Assembly (NCBI GenBank): GCA_964484565.1
Contig: CAZAGG010000004.1
Span: 73,246 to 137,245 of the forward strand
Reading direction: 5' to 3'
From: an uncultured Rickettsiales bacterium
GTDB taxonomy: Bacteria; Pseudomonadota; Alphaproteobacteria; Rickettsiales; CAZAGG01
DNA: 64,000 bases
Position numbers and translations under genes: made by a program. Below the pieces are notes generated by a model. That model searched no databases and was not told the DNA's origin. It saw only the letters and a list, made by a program, of their open reading frames with translations. Positions 58,572 to 64,000 of this stretch are shown in pieces (the stretch's first letter is position 1; each line of letters opens with the position of its first letter).

Positions 58572-58606
58572 ATGGGATATCATGGGATTATATGGGAATA
58601 AATGGA
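58572..58606. promoter_or_regulatory. 10-bp-phased direct repeats ATGGGA x3 (+1 degenerate): MraZ-box-like operator candidate
   Basis: The sequence is ATGGGAtatc ATGGGAttat ATGGGAataa ATGGAA, that is TGGGA cores separated by 5-nt spacers. It lies 155-190 bp upstream of the mraZ ATG. The TGGGA reads on the plus strand, opposite to mraZ. Confidence 0.45.
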
Positions 58607-58771
58607 AAAATATAGTTAATAGATGGGACAAGCAAGCTAAAAATTTGCATGACAAATGGTGGACTAAACGGGGGATAATCCAAATAAATAATTATTAATC
58701 AGGATGTTATACGGGGAAATGCACCAAAATTTACGTGCAAAAAAAATATTATTAGATTTCTTTATTGGCTG

Positions 58772-59167
58772 TTATTTCTTTATTGGCATTGGCTTCCGGT
58801 CATCGTCTATTGCAACGAATACGAAGCTGCCATCGGTTACTCGCATTTTTTCTGAGTTTAGTTTTGCATCTTTTCGCTCAACAAAGGCATCAACCTGAAT
58901 GGTTATGCTGGTATTGCCGACTTTTTCAACACTCGTGTAACACTCTAGCGCATCACCAACAAAAACTGGGTTGTGAAAGACAATACTCTCAACCGCAACT
59001 GTTACTAACTTACTGTGCACTAGCTTTCTTGCAGTTAGGTATCCCGCTAAATCCATCATGCTGATTATCCACCCACCGAACATATCACCATCGGGATTAG
59101 TATCTTTGGGCATGGCTATAACTTTGATTATTGGCTCTCTTCCCGCAGATTGATTATTGTTACTCAT
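58772..59167 (-). CDS. acyl-CoA thioesterase (YciA-like hotdog fold)
   Basis: Has IAMPKDTNPDGDMFGGWIISMMDLAG..VTVAVESIVFHNPVFVGD. 131 aa. Confidence 0.85.
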   Translation of the reverse strand: MSNNNQSAGREPIIKVIAMPKDTNPDGDMFGGWIISMMDLAGYLTARKLVHSKLVTVAVESIVFHNPVFVGDALECYTSVEKVGNTSITIQVDAFVERKDAKLNSEKMRVTDGSFVFVAIDDDRKPMPIKK

Positions 59168-59171
59168 ATGT

Positions 59172-61346
59172 CTAATCCAAATTCTTCAGAGCGACTCTGA
59201 CAATGAAAGATGTTGAGGGTTCTATGTCGCGGTCGCGCGTAAATTCGCGGTTGATTCCGCTTATTACAGCCAAGCATTCATTTTGGAAGGTTACGCCGCT
59301 ACCCATATATATCAAGCCACCGTTTTCAGAAAGGTCACGCTGACCGCTTGCATGAACGCTCCAGTTTTCATTAATCGCCCAGCTTGTTCCAAGCCCTATT
59401 TGTTTTCTGTCGCCCAAGTAAAAATCATCATGGAAAGAATCATAATCAACGCTGAAAGTCACAGGATTAAAATCAAAAAGCGTATCCACTTCATTTCTGC
59501 GAGCTGCGAAATTATCATTCATAAGCCTGAAGCGATAACTGGTATTAATAAAACCAATCTTTGCTGCTAATCTGCCCACATAATCCGACATGCTGTCATC
59601 CATATCCCCAATTAGGGCACTAAAGGTGCTATCATCATCGGCGTGATAGTTTTGACCAAACAAATAATCAAAAAAGGTTTTCTCATCAATATAGAGAGTC
59701 CCGCCCAAACCATAGTTCACGCGAAACCCTGTTTCTATAACGTCATATCCAGGATAGCGATTTGCCGCAAACAAGTTCACATCCGAGAATTCAACAATTT
59801 GACTATCTTCATTTGGCACTTCCTGCGGATCATCTTCATTCGGGCTTGCAAGAACACTTACTCGCGGTTCTAAGGTTAAATAAGATCCACTTGATGAAGT
59901 CGCAAAGCGATTAATAAGCGGATAACGCCACGACATCTCAATTTCAGGAGTAAGCCTAGTAAATGGATCATCAGTTTCATCAAAAGCCCCCGCTTCATTA
60001 GTGAACATATAGTCATTTACTGAATATACATCTCCCCTCACAGAGGTTTTTAGTTCATAAAAATGGCCGCCTATCGACTTGACAGGAAGCCTCCACCCCA
60101 CTGTGGAAGTGGCACGATTGCTATCTGCACCTAACTTTCTGGTTAAAGCCATCATGTTAGCATCAACAAACCACCTGCCGCCCATATAACCCTGATTCGA
60201 TTCATAGCTGTAAGCCGCAACTGGTAATACAAACGGCGTAACATCAGGGTCATCATCCACCCTAAGACCTTGAAAAGCCAGCCCCCTTAACATTACATAT
60301 TCTCTTCCACTGGTTTTTTCTATATACGCCGTGGAGGTAAGTGTATCTTCATGAGCAAAACCATATCTGCCAAGATAGGTATCATCTGTGGCACGTCTTA
60401 CTGCAAAGCCCCAATCCCAGTCTTCGTTGATGTTAAAATAGCCGAATCCATCTATGTGGCCGCGAAGCTCTTTCTTATCTGCAATACGATCGCCTAAATC
60501 ATCGCGCTTATCTGGATAAGTTATGCTTCCTCGAATTTGATAATATCCACTCTCAGTTAAATGCCTGAATTCATTAAACAATATCACACCCTCACTGGTT
60601 GTGAATATCGGTGTAATTGTAGCATCCATCGAGTCTGAAAATGTATAATAATAAGGAGTTTCCACTGCCGCACCAAGCGAGCCAGACCCTCTGTAAGTTG
60701 GAGTTAAAAAGCCGCTTTTACGTTTTGCATCAGGTGTGGGATGCGAAAAATAAGGAGTATAAGCCACAGGAACTCCATAAACCTCTAAGCGGGCATCTCG
60801 ATAATACATTTTTTCCTGAGCGGTGTCATGGGTGACTTCCTGAGCTTTGAACTGCCATAACGGAGCCTTTTCAGGATCTTCCTTACATAATTTACATGGG
60901 GAATATACCGCTTGTGCAAGTTTGGTTACATCCTCTGAAATTCTGGTTGCGGTGTTAGATGCAAGTAAAGAGCCATCAGAAAGCCTTGCGCGGAAGTCTC
61001 TCACAACCCCTTCTTTGAGATCGTCTTTAAACTCTATTTTCTCTGCGAAATATACGTTTCCATCTTTTTCCAGAACGCGCACACTGCCAGATGCAAGAAC
61101 AATATTCTCGCTTAGATAGTAAGTCAGTTCATCAGATAAAACCACCCGCTCGCCCTGAGTTACCTGAACCTTACCTATGGCATTAACAATCTTGGCGTTT
61201 TCGTCATAATCAAACGTTTCTGCCTCAATATAAACAGGCTCACTGCCCATTTCCATCTCAGTTTGGGCATAAGAACTTCCAGCCTGAGCATAAAAAATGC
61301 CAGCACTAACCAATAAAATATACAACAAATTAAAAAGGCTACCCAT
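59172..61346 (-). CDS. lptD: LPS-assembly outer-membrane protein LptD
   Basis: Has the signal peptide MGSLFNLLYILLVSAGIFYAQAGSSYA, an OstA-like N-domain (IEAETFDYDENAKIVNAIGKVQVTQGERVVLSDELTY) and a large C-terminal beta-barrel. 724 aa. Confidence 0.88.
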   Translation of the reverse strand: MGSLFNLLYILLVSAGIFYAQAGSSYAQTEMEMGSEPVYIEAETFDYDENAKIVNAIGKVQVTQGERVVLSDELTYYLSENIVLASGSVRVLEKDGNVYFAEKIEFKDDLKEGVVRDFRARLSDGSLLASNTATRISEDVTKLAQAVYSPCKLCKEDPEKAPLWQFKAQEVTHDTAQEKMYYRDARLEVYGVPVAYTPYFSHPTPDAKRKSGFLTPTYRGSGSLGAAVETPYYYTFSDSMDATITPIFTTSEGVILFNEFRHLTESGYYQIRGSITYPDKRDDLGDRIADKKELRGHIDGFGYFNINEDWDWGFAVRRATDDTYLGRYGFAHEDTLTSTAYIEKTSGREYVMLRGLAFQGLRVDDDPDVTPFVLPVAAYSYESNQGYMGGRWFVDANMMALTRKLGADSNRATSTVGWRLPVKSIGGHFYELKTSVRGDVYSVNDYMFTNEAGAFDETDDPFTRLTPEIEMSWRYPLINRFATSSSGSYLTLEPRVSVLASPNEDDPQEVPNEDSQIVEFSDVNLFAANRYPGYDVIETGFRVNYGLGGTLYIDEKTFFDYLFGQNYHADDDSTFSALIGDMDDSMSDYVGRLAAKIGFINTSYRFRLMNDNFAARRNEVDTLFDFNPVTFSVDYDSFHDDFYLGDRKQIGLGTSWAINENWSVHASGQRDLSENGGLIYMGSGVTFQNECLAVISGINREFTRDRDIEPSTSFIVRVALKNLD

Positions 61347-61400
61347 AGCTCAACATTGAGCACAGAGTAGCCTTTTTATCAAGATAATTTGTTATGTCTT

Positions 61401-63677
61401 TCAATGCATAGTATATCTATCTTGTTGAGCGGCTTTTGATTGATCATAGGGAGTACCCCATATCTTAGCTTCTGTATTAGGTTTCGCAATATTTTCATAA
61501 CCAAGACCGCCTTCAACGTGGGCTTTTTTAAGTTCTGTTGCTATACTTTTTGAATCTAGCTTTCCCTGTTCTTGAGAAAGCTCCTTTATTTTAGCTTCAA
61601 GGTAAGTACCTAAAGAAGCATGATTTTTTTCAGTACTAAAAATATCTTCTAGAGTATCAATATCAAACCCACCCCAAACAACCATTTGATATAGTGGCTT
61701 GGTGTAATCGTATCCTCGCTCCTTAGCGGCCGCCTCCATACCAATTTCACTAGCACGATTAAGCAAAATGCCTATCTCAGTTCTCATATCTTCAGTGATT
61801 TTCTCATCCCATGCCCTACGACCAGTTGGCTTGCCATCTGCATCTAGCTCTTGCTTAACACGCTCTGTACCTTGTGTTTTCATCTCATCTTTCCAAGCCT
61901 TTAAAAAACCTTTGGATTGATTTTCATCTGCACTGAAACCATCAAATAGAGTTAACATAACCTGTGGATCAATTTCACCATTTTGTGCATAAGCAAGAGC
62001 GCAAATGAAAGATTCAACATAAGAACCAGAGTCGGGAAAACCTGCTTCTATTCTGTCGATTATTCCATATACTTTGTCACGTATGGTAAGAGATTGGTTT
62101 ACTACTTTTTGCTTATTCGCATCTTGAATTATATACCAAACATGATGCTCTGAAATTGCATCTGCACCTGCGCCAGCAAGTAATGTTTGACTAATTGCAG
62201 GATCATTATGAATAGTTTTATCGTTATAATGTTTACGAATGAGAGCTACATCTTTATGAAGCTCTACAGCTTTTTTATAGAGCGCACCCTGCCTGTCACT
62301 GATTCCAGCAAATGCTATTGCTGTTGCAACATCTTCGATGTTACCTTCACCAACATTCATTATCTCAGCAGCTTCTCGGGCAATATCAATTGCTGATTTA
62401 AGCTCGCCACCAACATTGATATTTTTTTCTTCTAGTAATGCAAGATTATATATTCTAGCACCATCGTGAATAGTTGCAGCGTTGTATGTATAAGTCATCA
62501 TCTCTGATGAGTATGGTAAATCAGCATCCTTATGCAATAACCTTTCGGCGAATGCAACACCCAAAGCAACGTTCACTGAATGTTGATACTTACGACCTGA
62601 ATCATCACCAATATACGCTTTCATTGAAGCAAGTGTTGAATTTGATAATTCTTCAGCCAGTCTTTTTTGTAAACGAACGAAATCATTAATATCATTTAAA
62701 GGCAGAGGATTATCATCAAATATATAGCCTAATTGAGATGTAATCGCATCACGACGCTTTGAATTGATATTATCGCCAATCAATTTGATATAAGTCGATC
62801 CAACTTTAATCGCTCCCGTCTCATTATCTCCAGCGTTTGCAAAACTTTTTGCGCCAGAAGCAGCAACTAGCAGGGCTATAGCAAGTCCTTCTAAATCATT
62901 ATCGCCTATACTTCTTTGATCTTCAGGAAGATAGAGTGTTACTTGTGTGATTTTTCTTTCTATTCCCGCTTTAATTCTTCCTTGAGTTTTATCGCCAATT
63001 TTAATATCTGCAAGAAGTATAAGCCCCATCATCGCTTGAGCTGCAATATAATCAGGGCTATTTATTAATGCTTTTGTAGCATCAATATGAGATTTATATT
63101 TAGGGTCAGTTACATACTCACTCGCTTGGTTTTGATACTGCTCATAGACGTCATAAACAGCGCGAATAATCGCATTAGTTCTGGCTATATCATTGTCATC
63201 AGTAAGTTCTGCAGTGTCATCGTTATTGAAACGCTTATGCTCTGCAAGAGCAATATCTTGCAGTGGCAATTTATCATAGGCAGGCAATTTACCATTAACG
63301 ACTCGGCTATTAAGCTCTTCAACTATTTTAGCGGCTGAATCTGTGTTGGAAGTGCTATAGGTTGGAGGTAGTTGGTTGTTATCAAGTGCAGCTATATCAA
63401 TTCTTTCGATATTTCTATAAACCCCATCTTCACCTTTTTCTCTAAATGTTCTTAAAACCCCAATGTTATAAAAATGCTCATAATCATTTTCTTTATCATC
63501 AGCTGTATTTGAGTCTCTTCCTTTTAAATATTCTATATCGATAGGGTTTAGATCTTTCCATCTTGGTTTATTTTTTTCGGATGATTGATATACTCTCCTC
63601 CAACCATTATGAACAGCGTCTGCCGCATGAGAAATTACTGCTTCTAGTTTTTTCTTATCCGTTATTGGAAAAACCAT
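61401..63677 (-). CDS. hypothetical protein, 758 aa, with an HD-phosphohydrolase-like H...HD motif
   Basis: Uninterrupted 2.3-kb ORF with no signal peptide or TM segment evident. It has KYQHSVNVALGVAFAERLL (His366), then 38 aa later ATIHDGARI (His404-Asp405, nt 62463-62582), resembling the HD-domain H..HD spacing. No other recognisable family. Confidence 0.6.
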   Translation of the reverse strand: MVFPITDKKKLEAVISHAADAVHNGWRRVYQSSEKNKPRWKDLNPIDIEYLKGRDSNTADDKENDYEHFYNIGVLRTFREKGEDGVYRNIERIDIAALDNNQLPPTYSTSNTDSAAKIVEELNSRVVNGKLPAYDKLPLQDIALAEHKRFNNDDTAELTDDNDIARTNAIIRAVYDVYEQYQNQASEYVTDPKYKSHIDATKALINSPDYIAAQAMMGLILLADIKIGDKTQGRIKAGIERKITQVTLYLPEDQRSIGDNDLEGLAIALLVAASGAKSFANAGDNETGAIKVGSTYIKLIGDNINSKRRDAITSQLGYIFDDNPLPLNDINDFVRLQKRLAEELSNSTLASMKAYIGDDSGRKYQHSVNVALGVAFAERLLHKDADLPYSSEMMTYTYNAATIHDGARIYNLALLEEKNINVGGELKSAIDIAREAAEIMNVGEGNIEDVATAIAFAGISDRQGALYKKAVELHKDVALIRKHYNDKTIHNDPAISQTLLAGAGADAISEHHVWYIIQDANKQKVVNQSLTIRDKVYGIIDRIEAGFPDSGSYVESFICALAYAQNGEIDPQVMLTLFDGFSADENQSKGFLKAWKDEMKTQGTERVKQELDADGKPTGRRAWDEKITEDMRTEIGILLNRASEIGMEAAAKERGYDYTKPLYQMVVWGGFDIDTLEDIFSTEKNHASLGTYLEAKIKELSQEQGKLDSKSIATELKKAHVEGGLGYENIAKPNTEAKIWGTPYDQSKAAQQDRYTMH

Positions 63678-63749
63678 ACTTCAAAACTCCTTAAGGTTAA
63701 ATTTGAAACGATTCTACACAATAAATTCTACTTTTGTGTTAAACTTTTA

Positions 63750-64000
63750 TTAAATTCTCTTTGAGAGCCAGATTGCTAGTTTTGATGCGGTTTTTACGGC
63801 TATTGAGATTGGAACAAACATGGCGGAAGATGCGGCTTCGCGCTCTAATGCTATATCGTGATGTTCGATTTCTTCTTGTCTGAACTGATTAATTTTTGTT
63901 TTTAAATCGCCATCTTGCAATTTATCTGCTTGTTGTTGATAATGCTTTTCGATTACATCTTCCACCGCGACGGTGCACGCCATTGCGGCTTTTTCACCCA
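63750..64000 (-). CDS. coq7: demethoxyubiquinone hydroxylase Coq7 (3' part; gene runs off the window)
   Basis: The C-terminal ferritin-like repeat has AVEDVIEKHY..FRQEEIEHHDIALE and ends ..LSKRI, as in proteobacterial Coq7. The reading frame stays open to position 64000, so the ATG at 63983 is internal. Confidence 0.8.
   Translation of the reverse strand, partial: GEKAAMACTVAVEDVIEKHYQQQADKLQDGDLKTKINQFRQEEIEHHDIALEREAASSAMFVPISIAVKTASKLAIWLSKRI

Noticed and set aside
58704-59064. Two plus-strand ORFs (64 and 99 aa) overlapping the thioesterase gene and the mraZ upstream region.
   Set aside because: They are antisense to a well-supported YciA-like thioesterase and have no motifs. The intergenic part is better explained by the regulatory repeats.

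Overview
This is a visibly AT-rich, gene-dense chromosomal segment with about 60 CDS, short spacers and several 4-bp start/stop overlaps. The gene content looks alphaproteobacterial: rpmF-plsX-fabH, a DUF2336-like protein, MotE-like and DUF6468-like flagellar accessory genes, a small FtsL, and mraZ-rsmH-ftsL-ftsI-murE-murF-mraY. A streamlined or host-associated lineage is plausible, but the taxon cannot be fixed from sequence alone. Most of the window is housekeeping:
- Lipid synthesis: fabH, plsX.
- Class Ia ribonucleotide reductase: nrdA, nrdB.
- Cell wall and division: murA and the 5' half of a dcw cluster.
- Queuosine: queE, queC, tgt.
- A flagellar mini-cluster: fliL, fliM and two accessory genes.
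- Other core genes: era, coaD, bcp, glnE, ispH, manC, purN, scoAB, lptD, and a partial coq7 at the right edge.

I recognised no rRNA, tRNA, CRISPR array, transposase or integrase. The non-core content worth attention is:
1. A four-helix-bundle (23S-rRNA-IVS-type) gene bracketed by heptamer-based inverted repeats inside the nrdA-nrdB spacer.
2. An Mrr-type restriction endonuclease inserted between murF and mraY. The dcw cluster then ends at mraY and runs straight into tgt.
3. A family of MITE-like palindromic repeats, seen as 3-4 related copies or fragments.
4. Several orphan, effector-like or secreted-looking proteins of 500, 412, 529 and 758 aa.
5. An orphan type IV pilin gene that overlaps a trypsin-like protease gene.
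6. 10-bp-phased TGGGA repeats (MraZ-box-like) plus a strong hairpin upstream of mraZ.

All family assignments come from motif reading by eye. No database search or computation was run.
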